DNA of 64,000 nt from Candidatus Altimarinota bacterium (GTDB lineage: Bacteria; Patescibacteriota; Gracilibacteria; 1-14-2-50-48-13), in assembly GCA_046314355.1 (NCBI GenBank), contig JBKBWQ010000001.1:1120001-1184000 (forward strand), in the 5' to 3' direction. Below the pieces are notes generated by a model. The model saw only the letters and a list, made by a program, of their open reading frames with translations, did no database searches and had not been told where the DNA came from. Made by a program: the position numbers and the translations under genes. Of the stretch, positions 1 through 9,852 are shown piece after piece; within the stretch, counting starts at the first letter, position 1, and each line of letters begins with the position of its first letter.

Positions 1-1
1 T

Positions 2-2878
2 ACACAGGTTCCATTGGGTAATATGAATACAAATAATGCAAATACTAACACAGGAACTGGTTCTAACATGAACTCTAACGTTCCTATGTCTAATGCATCA
101 TTTGAAGCAGCTCTTTCTTCTTCTACTCCAACTGGAGTAACTCTTGCTACTGGTACAGCTTTCAACACTGTTGCTAAGATTGACCTTACAGCAGGAACTC
201 AGGAAGATGTAAAGGTTAGTGCTATTACTATCATGCATCGAGGACTTTCTCCTGACTCTATTGTCAATGGAGTACTCGTTGTAGATAAGGATGGAAACAG
301 ACACGGAAACATTGTTTCTTTCTCTGATTCTAAAGCAACTGTAGATTTTTCTAGTAACCCAATCATGGTTGCTAAAGGAACTACTCATACAATTGCAATC
401 CAGACTAACTTCAATGCAAGCACTAACTTCAGTGGTACTTACAAAGCTGAAATTCCTGCAAATGGAATTATGGCTTGGGGTGCATCTACTGGAGGTCTTG
501 TAAAGGTTATGGGAACTTTCCCAATCTCTGGACCTGAGTACGCTCTCGTTTCAGGTAGTAACATTGCTGCTTTCTCTGTAGAACAAGGAACTAACCACGG
601 TGGTCAGAACCTTGATCTTGGAGTAACTAACCGACCTGTTGCATCATTCAAGTTTGAGATGGGAAACTCTAACGAGTCTATCCTGATCTCTGAGCTTACT
701 GTATACAACAATGGTACAACTGCTGATGGTGATGTAAAGAACCTTAAGCTTATTGACCAGGGTGGTGTAGTACTTGCTACTGCTGATCAGACTATGAACC
801 GCTATGCAACTTTCAAGTTCGCACAGCCATATGAGATCAGTAAGGGAAATTCTCGTACTCTTGATCTCGTTGTAGACGTTGTAAATGGTTCTTCACGAAC
901 TGTGGAGTTCCAGATACTTAATGACTACGATGTTAAAGTGAAGGGATCTGCTTCTCAGGCATTCCTTCTTCCTACTAATCCAGAAGACTTTCCACTAAGT
1001 GGAAGTGCTGCTTCTACTATTAATCCAGGAACCCTTATCCTATCTAGATCCACTACTTCTCCATCTGGAGAAATCTCAAATGGTGCTGATGATACAGTAC
1101 TTGCTGAGTTTAAAGTAGAGGCATTCGGTGAAGATATCGAGATCCGAGGTGGTGATCTTACTCTTGACTGGACTGTTGCAAACCCAACTACCGGAACGGT
1201 TCGTCTTATGACTTCCTCTGGTCAGACTCTCCATTCTGTAACTTCTACTGAATTTGCAGATGGTGTTGCTGAGAGTGCTACAACATTCAATAGCTCTTAT
1301 ACAGTTAAGGCTGGTTCTACAACTACGCTTCGCGTTGTTGCAAATATCAACGAGTCTGCTGCAAATGGATCAACTATCATTGCATCTCTTGAGAATCTTA
1401 GATACAAGAGACTATCTTCAAATCAGTTTTCTACTACAACAGGAGATGCTGACGGAAATAGTTTGACTGTGTCTACTGCTACTGTTACTGTTTCCAAGAA
1501 CACATCTACAGCAAGTGAAGATGTTGTTGCTGGAGGAGTATCACAGGCAATCGGATCTTTCAATGTGAAAGCTACAAACTCTGGTAACGTGAATATCACT
1601 TCTGTGAAACTTAATGTTGCACATAGTGAGCATATCACTAACTTGAAGTTGAAGAATGGAAATACATTCCTTGGAACTGCAATTGCAGCTCCTGCAGCTA
1701 CAAACAACAACTTCAGCTTTGCTGGACAACTTGTTATCCCTGCTGGTCAGACTGTAACTCTTACGGCTTACGCTGACATCAAGACTGGAGCTACTGCAAC
1801 TGATGATATCGTAGTTACTGTTCCTCAGGATGGAGTAACAGGTACTGCAAACAACAGTGATGTTTCTGCTCCTGCAGCTGATGTTGCTCTTCAGAGCTTT
1901 AACATTGCTACTGCTGGAATTGTAACTCTCTCTACTACAAACACTGTTTCTAATAGCCGAGTAGTTACATCTGGTGCTACAAACGAGTCTATTCTTTCTT
2001 TCAAGGCTAAGGCTGCAGATCGAGAGGCTATGATTCTTAATAAGTTAACTGTAAAGATCTACGATACTAGTGCTAATGGTGCACCAGGAAGTGTAGAATC
2101 TGTAGTTATCAAGAAGGATGGAGTAAATATTGCTGCTCCTTCAACTCTTATCCTTGCGGGTGGAGTATACACTGTAGAGTTCACTGGTCTTAACCAGGAA
2201 ATTGCTCGTAACGCTGAGGCACAGTATACTGTTGCTGTAAACCTTACGAACAACAATAATGCATTCATTGCTGGTGGTGTAATCACTGCTAGTATCGTTG
2301 CTTATGAAGCTACAGGTAAGTCTTCTGGACAGCTTAACAACAACACGAATATCGCTACTGACGAGGCTACTGGTTCTGTCCAGTTGACTCTTCATAAGGT
2401 AACTCCTGTTATTGCTAAACAGTCTATCCCTACTACTGCAGTTCCAGGAACTACAACTACGGTTGCTAAATTCTCTGTAACAGCAAATGGTAGCGAGACT
2501 ATGCAGATCAATGAACTTAACTTCACTGTTGGAGGAAATAAGGCTGCTGCGATTACTAACGCACACCTTTATCGAATCTCTGGTGGGTCTGAAGTTCTTG
2601 TAGCTACTAATCATACTACAACTGCTGATGATGAAGTTAGTGGTGTACTAGTAGTAACTCTTACTGGAACAGAACTTGTTTCTGTTGGTGAGACTATTAC
2701 ATATGTACTTAAGGCAAATACATCAATGGTAATGAACAATGGTGTAGACCCAGCACAGGAGACTGCTTCTGTAGGACTTACTATGCCAGCTAATGGCTTC
2801 GAGTATTCTTATGGAACTGGACCAACTAATGCTACTGCTCCAACTAACGAAATCGTATTTGAGACAGTTACGTTCTAA
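2..2878 (+). CDS. Large secreted S-layer-like/Ig-like beta-sandwich repeat surface protein (5' partial)
   Basis: Frame open from the window edge; Thr/Ala/Ser/Val/Asn-rich; recurring ~140-aa modules (F.F..G..E.I.I..L.V...G.....V.NLKL ... F....I..G....L.V.AD); strong ACT/GCT/CTT/GTT codon bias suggesting high expression. Confidence 0.7.
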   Translation, partial: TQVPLGNMNTNNANTNTGTGSNMNSNVPMSNASFEAALSSSTPTGVTLATGTAFNTVAKIDLTAGTQEDVKVSAITIMHRGLSPDSIVNGVLVVDKDGNRHGNIVSFSDSKATVDFSSNPIMVAKGTTHTIAIQTNFNASTNFSGTYKAEIPANGIMAWGASTGGLVKVMGTFPISGPEYALVSGSNIAAFSVEQGTNHGGQNLDLGVTNRPVASFKFEMGNSNESILISELTVYNNGTTADGDVKNLKLIDQGGVVLATADQTMNRYATFKFAQPYEISKGNSRTLDLVVDVVNGSSRTVEFQILNDYDVKVKGSASQAFLLPTNPEDFPLSGSAASTINPGTLILSRSTTSPSGEISNGADDTVLAEFKVEAFGEDIEIRGGDLTLDWTVANPTTGTVRLMTSSGQTLHSVTSTEFADGVAESATTFNSSYTVKAGSTTTLRVVANINESAANGSTIIASLENLRYKRLSSNQFSTTTGDADGNSLTVSTATVTVSKNTSTASEDVVAGGVSQAIGSFNVKATNSGNVNITSVKLNVAHSEHITNLKLKNGNTFLGTAIAAPAATNNNFSFAGQLVIPAGQTVTLTAYADIKTGATATDDIVVTVPQDGVTGTANNSDVSAPAADVALQSFNIATAGIVTLSTTNTVSNSRVVTSGATNESILSFKAKAADREAMILNKLTVKIYDTSANGAPGSVESVVIKKDGVNIAAPSTLILAGGVYTVEFTGLNQEIARNAEAQYTVAVNLTNNNNAFIAGGVITASIVAYEATGKSSGQLNNNTNIATDEATGSVQLTLHKVTPVIAKQSIPTTAVPGTTTTVAKFSVTANGSETMQINELNFTVGGNKAAAITNAHLYRISGGSEVLVATNHTTTADDEVSGVLVVTLTGTELVSVGETITYVLKANTSMVMNNGVDPAQETASVGLTMPANGFEYSYGTGPTNATAPTNEIVFETVTF

Positions 2879-3003
2879 TTGAACTTCTCTGAATCATTAC
2901 TATGACGTCAGTAGTTCTATGAACTACAAAACGACCCTTGTGGTCAGCCATTTCAGACTCGGTTCTCTCTCCTATGAGGTATGAGGGACAGGTATGATAC
3001 GAT

Positions 3004-3036
3004 AAGCCCTTTCGTCTTCGGACGGAGGGGCTTTTT
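3004..3036 (+). terminator. Rho-independent terminator with cUUCGg tetraloop
   Basis: AAGCCCTTTCGTC-TTCG-GACGGAGGGGCTT followed by a T-run. Confidence 0.9.
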
Positions 3037-3158
3037 CGTATATAAATTTTTGTATTACTTTGAATTCAAAATGAATGCTATAAGACAGAAGCGCATCCTG
3101 ATATTGTAATTCATCTTTGAGCAGGTATACTTTCTAGGATTAATTTCTATATCTTTCT

Positions 3159-3956
3159 ATGCCGTTTCCAGACATTTCTCCTTTTATTATCCAGATAGGT
3201 AACTTTGGTATTCGCTGGTACAGCATGATGTATCTTATAGGATTTATTTTAGCATGGATCTATTATAGCTTTATTTTGCTTCCTAAGGGTGAGTTCCCAG
3301 TAAAGAAGGAAAATATACCTGATATGCTCTTCTATGCCTTTATAGGCCTTTTAATAGGCGCTAGGACGTTTTATATGTTCTTCTATAACCTTGAGGGATT
3401 ACTAAATAATCCTTTAAGCTTTTTTGAAGTATGGAATGGCGGACTTTCTTTTCATGGAGGTCTTCTAGGAGTAGTGACTGCAATGTATATCTTTGCAAAG
3501 AAGAATAACTTCTCACCTCTCTACTTAGGAGATAGAATAATCCTGCCTATACCTTTAGCACTATTTTTTGGTAGAATAGGCAATTTTATAAATGGCGAGT
3601 TATATGGAAGGGTAGTTAGTCCTGATACATTTTCATGGTGTGTGGTCTTTCCTGCGGGAGGTGATGTCTGTAGATATCCATCCCAACTCTTTGAAGCTGT
3701 AGGGGAAGGGCTTCTTATATTTATTATAATTAATATAGCCTTTTGGATTGGATTAAAGAAAAGAATAGGAGCTACTTTGGGACTATTTTTTGTATGTTAT
3801 GGCGTGATACGGATGCTTCTTGAATTTACGAGAGAGCCTGATGCTCAAATAGGCTTTTTATTCCAGTACTTTAGTATGGGACAACTTTTAAGTATACCGC
3901 TCATCCTTATCGGGTTGATTCTCATGTTCCTTCCTGCTAAGCTTCGGAGGAAATAG
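3159..3956 (+). CDS. lgt: Prolipoprotein diacylglyceryl transferase
   Basis: Motifs IRWYS, GGLSFHGG, GRIGNFINGELYGR, YPSQLFE, EFTREPD. Confidence 0.97.
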   Translation: MPFPDISPFIIQIGNFGIRWYSMMYLIGFILAWIYYSFILLPKGEFPVKKENIPDMLFYAFIGLLIGARTFYMFFYNLEGLLNNPLSFFEVWNGGLSFHGGLLGVVTAMYIFAKKNNFSPLYLGDRIILPIPLALFFGRIGNFINGELYGRVVSPDTFSWCVVFPAGGDVCRYPSQLFEAVGEGLLIFIIINIAFWIGLKKRIGATLGLFFVCYGVIRMLLEFTREPDAQIGFLFQYFSMGQLLSIPLILIGLILMFLPAKLRRK

Positions 3957-3982
3957 AAACTTTATTTTTTATAAAAAGTATT

Positions 3983-4579
3983 ATGAAGATTTCGCTTGCT
4001 GTGCGCAGTACATTGGCTATTGGTCTTGGAATAATGGTTTTTGCTTCATGTACGCCTGCTGAAGTAAATACAGGATCTGGTGCAAGATTTTTGCTAGGTA
4101 GCAGTACGGCTCCAGTTAAAATAGTAGAGTTTGGAGACTTTCAATGTCCTGGATGTAAGTTTTTCCACGATAGTATTCTCCCTGAAATCAAAGCTGAATA
4201 TATCAGTACAGGAAAAGTAGAGTTTGAATATAAGGATTTCCCAGTCCATGCTACAGCTCCTATCGCTCATAATGCTGCTCATTGTGCTGCGGCTCAAGGT
4301 AAGGCTGAGGAATATATGGATCAGCTTTATGCGAACATTGATGCTCAGACAATAGCAGATCTTAAAATCTATGCTGATAAAGTAGGTCTAGACAAAGATA
4401 TGTTTGGCAAATGTGTAGACAGTAATGAATTTGCAGGTACTGTAAAAGCAAATCAGAATGAAGGTATCTCAAAAGGTGTCAGCGGTACACCGACTGTATT
4501 TGTAAATGGAGTAGTAGTTCCATCTATTTCAGATGCAGATATATTAAAGAAAGCAGTTGATCAGGCTTTAGGTCAGTAA
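3983..4579 (+). CDS. DsbA/thioredoxin-fold lipoprotein
   Basis: Lipobox VFASC; DFQCPGC active site; GTPT cis-Pro loop. Confidence 0.92.
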   Translation: MKISLAVRSTLAIGLGIMVFASCTPAEVNTGSGARFLLGSSTAPVKIVEFGDFQCPGCKFFHDSILPEIKAEYISTGKVEFEYKDFPVHATAPIAHNAAHCAAAQGKAEEYMDQLYANIDAQTIADLKIYADKVGLDKDMFGKCVDSNEFAGTVKANQNEGISKGVSGTPTVFVNGVVVPSISDADILKKAVDQALGQ

Positions 4580-4585
4580 TAATAG

Positions 4586-4618
4586 AAAAAACCTCTGCAT
4601 TTATGCAGAGGTTTTTTT
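4586..4618. terminator. Bidirectional intrinsic terminator
   Basis: AAAAAACCTCTGCAT-TT-ATGCAGAGGTTTTTTT between convergent dsbA and recQ. Confidence 0.9.
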
Positions 4619-4622
4619 ATAC

Positions 4623-6767
4623 TTATTTTCCTAGTAACATTTGAAGTTTTCCAAGCCTTAAAGTGTCGTATGAATACTTTCCTTTGAGGTGCTCAAATAT
4701 AGGTTTTAACTGCTCGGTTTGAAGAATACTGAATGCTGTTTTGATTTCTTGGGAAGTCTCGGCAGGTAATATCTGCTCCTTCAATTCAATATGTTCTCCA
4801 GCATTAATGAGCTCCTCAATATGAGTAATAATGGTACTAATAGTAAGTGAGCGAGCTTTTGCCGCATCTTGAATACTCATAGTCTCAAGGAGTCTCTTTG
4901 TTTCTATGCACGAACGAACTTTTACTTTTCCTGACTTTGTTTTTGTTTGAATACTTTCAGGGACCTCATGTTCTTGAGCAAATTTTTCAATTACTTCTAG
5001 AAACTGACTACCCAGATCTGCTAATTTTTTATCTCCAACACCAGAGATTAAAGCAAGTTTGTCTAGACTTCTTGGCATCTTGCTAGCCATTTCCAAGAGA
5101 GTCTTATCTCCAAAAATAATAAATGGAGGAACATTTCTAGAATCGGCTATCTGCTTTCTAAGCTTCCTAAGAAGCTCAAAGAGCTCTTGAGAATCCGTCT
5201 GAGTTGTCTTTGTGTCTTCTGTGTCTACATCGTATGTAATTGGAGCTAGGATGTCTATTGTTTCTTTGTTCTTTAAGAACTGAATGCCTTTTTCAGTGAG
5301 CTTAACAATTCCCGATGCATATTCGAGATCTATCCTTTTTAGATACTCATTTTTTATAAGTTCTTCGGCTATATGCTGTAGAAGCTCTTTTTTATATTCT
5401 TTGCCTATACCGTAGACAGAAAGATTTGTATGACCTCGTTCAATAATAAGAGCACGTTTTGAGCCTCGGAGAACATCAATAACGTAATGCATACCAAAAC
5501 GTTCTCCTGTTTTGATAATTGCAGAGAGTATTTTCTGGACGATAACTGTAGCATCAAAACGTGTCTGAGTGGTGGTACAGATATCACATTTGCCGCATTC
5601 TTCCTGCTCCCATTTTTCACCGAAGTATTCCAGCAGATATTTTCTCCGGCAAGTGGTAATCTCTGCGTATTTCATCATGAGCTGGAGTTTTTCTCTACTA
5701 TGTTCACGCTCCTCAAGACTTTCTATTTTATTTATAAAGTAATCAAGAGTGCCTTTGTCAGAGCTGCTATAGTAGAGTACACATTCGCTTTCCAAACCGT
5801 CTCGCCCGGCACGTCCAGTCTCCTGGTAGTAACCTTCAATACTTTTTGGCAAATGATAATGTACAACAAGTCTTACATTTGGTTTATCTATACCCATACC
5901 AAAGGCAATGGTTGCAACTATAATCTTTACTTCATCTTTCTGAAAGAGTTCCTGTGTCCTTTGGCGCTCTTCACTGCTCATACCTGCATGATATGCTCTT
6001 GCTGAGAGCCCTTTGGCCTTCAATTCACCTGCCAGGCGCTCAGTATCTTTACGTGATAGACAGTAAATAATACTTGAATCATTAGGATATTTTCTCAATA
6101 GGCTTAAGAGCTCTTTATCTGCATGACTTTTATGCCGTACTGTATATTTGAGATTTCCTCTATTAAAACTTGAGAGATGGATATAAGGATCCTTCATCTC
6201 AAGCTGTTTTACTATATCTTTTTGTACTGTTTGAGTAGCAGTAGCTGTCAGTGCGATAACAGGAACATGTGGAAAGAGAGCCTTTCGTACTGTTTTAAGA
6301 TTTCTGTATTCAGGGCGAAACTCGTGCCCCCATTCAGAAATACAATGTGCTTCATCTACAGCAATAAGCTTAATGGGAAGGGAAGAGAGAAATCTTTGAA
6401 ATTCTGGTAATGAAAGTCTCTCGGGTGCTACATATAGCAGCGTAATCTGACCTGATTGTAATTTTCTCTCAATATCTTTTACTTCATCTGCTGTGAGTGT
6501 ACTATTTAAATATGCAGCATTAATGCCGTTTGCAAGCAGTGCATCCACCTGGTCTTTCATAAGAGCTATAAGAGGAGAAATGACCAATGTCAAAGTTCCT
6601 AAAGCAAGTGCAGGTATCTGGAAACATAGAGATTTACCACCACCTGTAGGCATCAATACTACTGTATCTCTTCCCGTAAGAATCGTTGAAATTATCTGTT
6701 CCTGAGAATCTCTAAAGTTTTCATAGCCGTAATAATGCTTTAAGAGCGAATGTATATTCTGAGTCAT
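4623..6767 (-). CDS. recQ: ATP-dependent DNA helicase RecQ (helicase, RQC, HRDC, C-terminal HTH)
   Basis: MPTGGGKS, VDEAHCISEWGHEFRP, ALTATA, ATIAFGMGIDK, QETGRAGRDG, Zn-binding CRR...CGKCDIC, HRDC VPPFIIFGDKTL; start at 6767 or 6782. Confidence 0.97.
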   Translation of the reverse strand: MTQNIHSLLKHYYGYENFRDSQEQIISTILTGRDTVVLMPTGGGKSLCFQIPALALGTLTLVISPLIALMKDQVDALLANGINAAYLNSTLTADEVKDIERKLQSGQITLLYVAPERLSLPEFQRFLSSLPIKLIAVDEAHCISEWGHEFRPEYRNLKTVRKALFPHVPVIALTATATQTVQKDIVKQLEMKDPYIHLSSFNRGNLKYTVRHKSHADKELLSLLRKYPNDSSIIYCLSRKDTERLAGELKAKGLSARAYHAGMSSEERQRTQELFQKDEVKIIVATIAFGMGIDKPNVRLVVHYHLPKSIEGYYQETGRAGRDGLESECVLYYSSSDKGTLDYFINKIESLEEREHSREKLQLMMKYAEITTCRRKYLLEYFGEKWEQEECGKCDICTTTQTRFDATVIVQKILSAIIKTGERFGMHYVIDVLRGSKRALIIERGHTNLSVYGIGKEYKKELLQHIAEELIKNEYLKRIDLEYASGIVKLTEKGIQFLKNKETIDILAPITYDVDTEDTKTTQTDSQELFELLRKLRKQIADSRNVPPFIIFGDKTLLEMASKMPRSLDKLALISGVGDKKLADLGSQFLEVIEKFAQEHEVPESIQTKTKSGKVKVRSCIETKRLLETMSIQDAAKARSLTISTIITHIEELINAGEHIELKEQILPAETSQEIKTAFSILQTEQLKPIFEHLKGKYSYDTLRLGKLQMLLGK

Positions 6768-6774
6768 AGGAAAG

Positions 6775-7494
6775 TTATGCAATGCTTTTATGCCAATCCT
6801 CGAGGGTATTTATTCCAAGAGCTGCCTGTGGATTTAAAATTGTTCTGATTGACCTGCCATCTGAGAGAGCTGAGCGGTATAGATCAGTAATACCGAATTC
6901 TTTTGTAGTATCATGTTTTTCGAGTAATTGCGCAATTTTTTCTTTTATATAAGCTACTTCTAAAATACAAAGCCCAGTTAGATAGTAGCCTTTTTCCTTT
7001 TTTGCATCTTCAATTGAGACAAATTCGCTATCATATTTTGGAATGTAAGACATTTTATGTACATTGGGGTTATACTTATCTGTGACGCTGAGAGTAATAT
7101 CTGCACCTGCAGTACTATGACTATGAAGTAGAGACTGTACTGTATGTGCATAGTATGAAAGACTATCATCACCATTGAGTACAACTAATCTTGAGGTATA
7201 AGCAGGCAAATTTTTAAGAAAAGTCTCCAATGCTCCTCCAGTACCGTTTAGTACGTGCTGAATTGCTATCTTTGTATTGCTGCCAATGTAAGCTTCTACA
7301 CTCTCTCTTTTATGACCGACCATTACAGTAGTATTTGAGTGATTGAAACCTGAATTAAACAGGGATTTAAGAGCATAACTAAGAATAGGTTTTCCTCCTT
7401 TAGAAGGTAAGAGCGATTTTTGGAAAGGAAGTTCTCCTACTCTGCTTCCTTTGCCTGCCGCAAGTATAAGTGCTTCCGTTGCGTGAGTATTCAT
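6775..7494 (-). CDS. Sugar/alcohol-phosphate nucleotidyltransferase (NTP_transferase, GlmU-N/LicC-like), single domain
   Basis: LILAAGKGSR...K, NGTGGA, LNGD, GINTLED; no hexapeptide acetyltransferase domain; alternative start 7530. Confidence 0.85.
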   Translation of the reverse strand: MNTHATEALILAAGKGSRVGELPFQKSLLPSKGGKPILSYALKSLFNSGFNHSNTTVMVGHKRESVEAYIGSNTKIAIQHVLNGTGGALETFLKNLPAYTSRLVVLNGDDSLSYYAHTVQSLLHSHSTAGADITLSVTDKYNPNVHKMSYIPKYDSEFVSIEDAKKEKGYYLTGLCILEVAYIKEKIAQLLEKHDTTKEFGITDLYRSALSDGRSIRTILNPQAALGINTLEDWHKSIA

Positions 7495-7517
7495 AAATAT
7501 AGCGAAAGAAAATAAGG

Positions 7518-8219
7518 TTAATGTAGACATTCGAGGATAGGCATCTTAGTTGGATGATTCATTTGAAAATAATCTTTTAATAGATCTCTTTTTATAAATA
7601 CTAAAGAATCAAATTCTGGATCATGCTCTTTGAGGAAGCGCATATGGATTTCATCTTTTGTAAGAGATGTTTTTCCATGAAAAACCAATGCAGTATTCAG
7701 AATACTTGTCTGGACACAGCCATCTAGCTCCATTGATAAAAGTACATCTTCAGTGATTCCTGTCTCCTGAAGCAGTTCTAGTTTTGCCATAGAAAAAAGA
7801 TCCTGCCCTTGTGTAAGGACTATTTCATCTGGAGTATAAGCTCCTCCAACTATAAGATCTCTTTTTTTCTGTTTTCCAAAAATGACATAATTATCTATGC
7901 TTTCTATTAAGATAGAACAGCAAAGTGAATTTGGAAAATATTCGGAACTATATTCATTACCTACATATTGCGCGGGGATACCTTTTGCTTCTCTGTAGCT
8001 GAGAGTAGAAAGAGTAAGGTGTAAAGTATCTGAGGATATGTATGATACAAGCCTATAGCATCTTCCATTAAAGACCGTAGGAACTTTTTCTAGAAGTTTT
8101 TGCCAATTTTCCTCGATAGACTTTTCTATGTGAGAGTCTGTCATTCTCTTTATTTGAGTATGCTGAATTGTTATCTGTTCTGGGAGATACTGTTTGCGAA
8201 ATAGAATGGAGTAAGTCAT
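7518..8219 (-). CDS. Divergent Nudix-fold hydrolase (NUDT22-like appearance)
   Basis: FNGRCYRL segment, GG..TPDE and degenerate Nudix box ELLQETGI, C-terminal E..SL.FI; start placed at ATG 8219 (track start 8282). Confidence 0.65.
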   Translation of the reverse strand: MTYSILFRKQYLPEQITIQHTQIKRMTDSHIEKSIEENWQKLLEKVPTVFNGRCYRLVSYISSDTLHLTLSTLSYREAKGIPAQYVGNEYSSEYFPNSLCCSILIESIDNYVIFGKQKKRDLIVGGAYTPDEIVLTQGQDLFSMAKLELLQETGITEDVLLSMELDGCVQTSILNTALVFHGKTSLTKDEIHMRFLKEHDPEFDSLVFIKRDLLKDYFQMNHPTKMPILECLH

Positions 8220-9852
8220 GGAGTTCAGTAGTGTATAGAGAGTATAAATCTGTATGAGAAGGTGACTCATGTTTTCTAGCAACTGCAGTAGCAGTGACTA
8301 TAATCTTAGTAAGTTGAGATATATAGGTGTGAGGCTCTTTATTATCATAATAGAGCAATCTAAACTGTTCTTGCTCTTGTTTTGTATAATCTAGTACTGC
8401 TCTTTCAACATCCCACTCCTTGGCACAATAGCTAAAATGCTCCCAATCGATAAAGGTACCTTTGTTCTTTAGAATAAGTACATTTCCAGGATTAGGATCC
8501 ATATGACAGGTAACTGGCAGTACAGATTTGAGCTCTGATCTTAAAATATCAATAGCTTTATAGAGCTGTTTTTTGATTTTTAGGGGCATAGAGATCTGGT
8601 CAATACGATACTGCAGATATATATCATATGAAGGGAAGTATGGACCGGTGCCAACTCTACCAAAGAAGTTACCTTTGGTACTATGGGTTTTTTTGAGAAG
8701 AGATACAAGAATATTCATTTTTTCATTTTTATAAGTTTTCCCTCGTAGAAATGGAGAAATGATATATGACATTTTCCCCAATGAAATCTCCTGAGGTGGT
8801 GATGGAAAGTAACGCTGCTGACCTTCATACTCTGAGATAATATATTTTTCGTCATTTGATATCTTACAGATACTTGTTCCGGATACCCCATGAATAGGGA
8901 CTGTAACACTATATGATTTTAGTAGTTTCTTATTTAATCTAGATGGTTGAGCAATTGCGTTTTGAAGTATCTTAGTGAGCAGTGCATAGATAGTAGGAAT
9001 TCTCTCAGTATTTTCTTCGTGCAGGAGCTGTGTAAGCAGTTTTCCAAGTTCTTTGAGCTCAAGAGTGATGGTACATCTTTTAGTGAGCATAAGCTGAAAT
9101 AAAAAGTTGCCTAAAGCTGGAAGGGAATAACCATATCCACCGTGAGTACCTCTTTTCCATTGGTCAAAGTATTTTGGATTATTAGAGACATTAAATAATT
9201 CCCACCGTACTTTTTCAAGAGACCATAAGAGAGCATGTGTTTGTCTTCTCCAGGCAAGCTTTAGAAAAGGCTGTCTCGCATGGAGCTCAATATATTTACT
9301 AATACTTCTGCTATCTTCGTTTGATGGAGCCGTAAAGTATGAACCTTTCTTCATGCCGATATAATAATTGTAATCCCGTAAATTATAGAAAAGAAGCTTC
9401 TCTTTTCTACTATGGGCAAAACTCTCAAGTCTTTCTTGTAGTGTCGTAATAAGGTCTGCCTGAATGTCTTCCTGAGACGTATGAAGTTTCGGAATACTAT
9501 AGTTCCAAGTAAGTGCTTCTGAAAACTGAGAGAGAGATAGGTAGTAACGCCAATAGAATGCTTCTAGATACGCTTTAGCTTCTTCCTGGGAAAAGATACT
9601 TGCTCTATGTCTTGAGAACTCTTTAAGACCGTGTCTCAGCCCAAAGAGCTGCCTCTGACTATATTCCTTTTCAGATAAATCAAAGGCTTCTTTAAAAGTG
9701 AGTTCTGAAGTACTTATAATCCAGATATCGAGGTCACTATTTGCAGAAAGTTGTTGTCTTCCGGCACTTCCCCAGATAATAAACCCTAATGTGTTATCAG
9801 GATCAATAGCGGTTTTAAGATACTGTACATATGTTTCTACGAGAGAGGACAT
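8068..9852 (-). CDS. Fusion of Pol-beta-like nucleotidyltransferase and APH/choline-kinase-like phosphotransferase
   Basis: N-terminal WGSAGR...SDLDIW (GS..DxD); C-terminal CHMDPNPGNVL (HxDxxxxN) and FIDWE. Confidence 0.8.
   Translation of the reverse strand: MSSLVETYVQYLKTAIDPDNTLGFIIWGSAGRQQLSANSDLDIWIISTSELTFKEAFDLSEKEYSQRQLFGLRHGLKEFSRHRASIFSQEEAKAYLEAFYWRYYLSLSQFSEALTWNYSIPKLHTSQEDIQADLITTLQERLESFAHSRKEKLLFYNLRDYNYYIGMKKGSYFTAPSNEDSRSISKYIELHARQPFLKLAWRRQTHALLWSLEKVRWELFNVSNNPKYFDQWKRGTHGGYGYSLPALGNFLFQLMLTKRCTITLELKELGKLLTQLLHEENTERIPTIYALLTKILQNAIAQPSRLNKKLLKSYSVTVPIHGVSGTSICKISNDEKYIISEYEGQQRYFPSPPQEISLGKMSYIISPFLRGKTYKNEKMNILVSLLKKTHSTKGNFFGRVGTGPYFPSYDIYLQYRIDQISMPLKIKKQLYKAIDILRSELKSVLPVTCHMDPNPGNVLILKNKGTFIDWEHFSYCAKEWDVERAVLDYTKQEQEQFRLLYYDNKEPHTYISQLTKIIVTATAVARKHESPSHTDLYSLYTTELHDLLHSISQTVSPRTDNNSAYSNKENDRLSHRKVYRGKLAKTSRKSSYGL

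Noticed and set aside
2881-2965. tRNA gene or pseudo-tRNA
   Set aside because: Four-way fold only; lacks GTTCRA T-loop, D-loop GG, a 7-nt anticodon loop and CCA. Kept as a generic structured-RNA finding.
6775-7494. Calling this gene glmU
   Set aside because: Only the N-terminal pyrophosphorylase-like domain is present and it is divergent; there is no left-handed beta-helix acetyltransferase.
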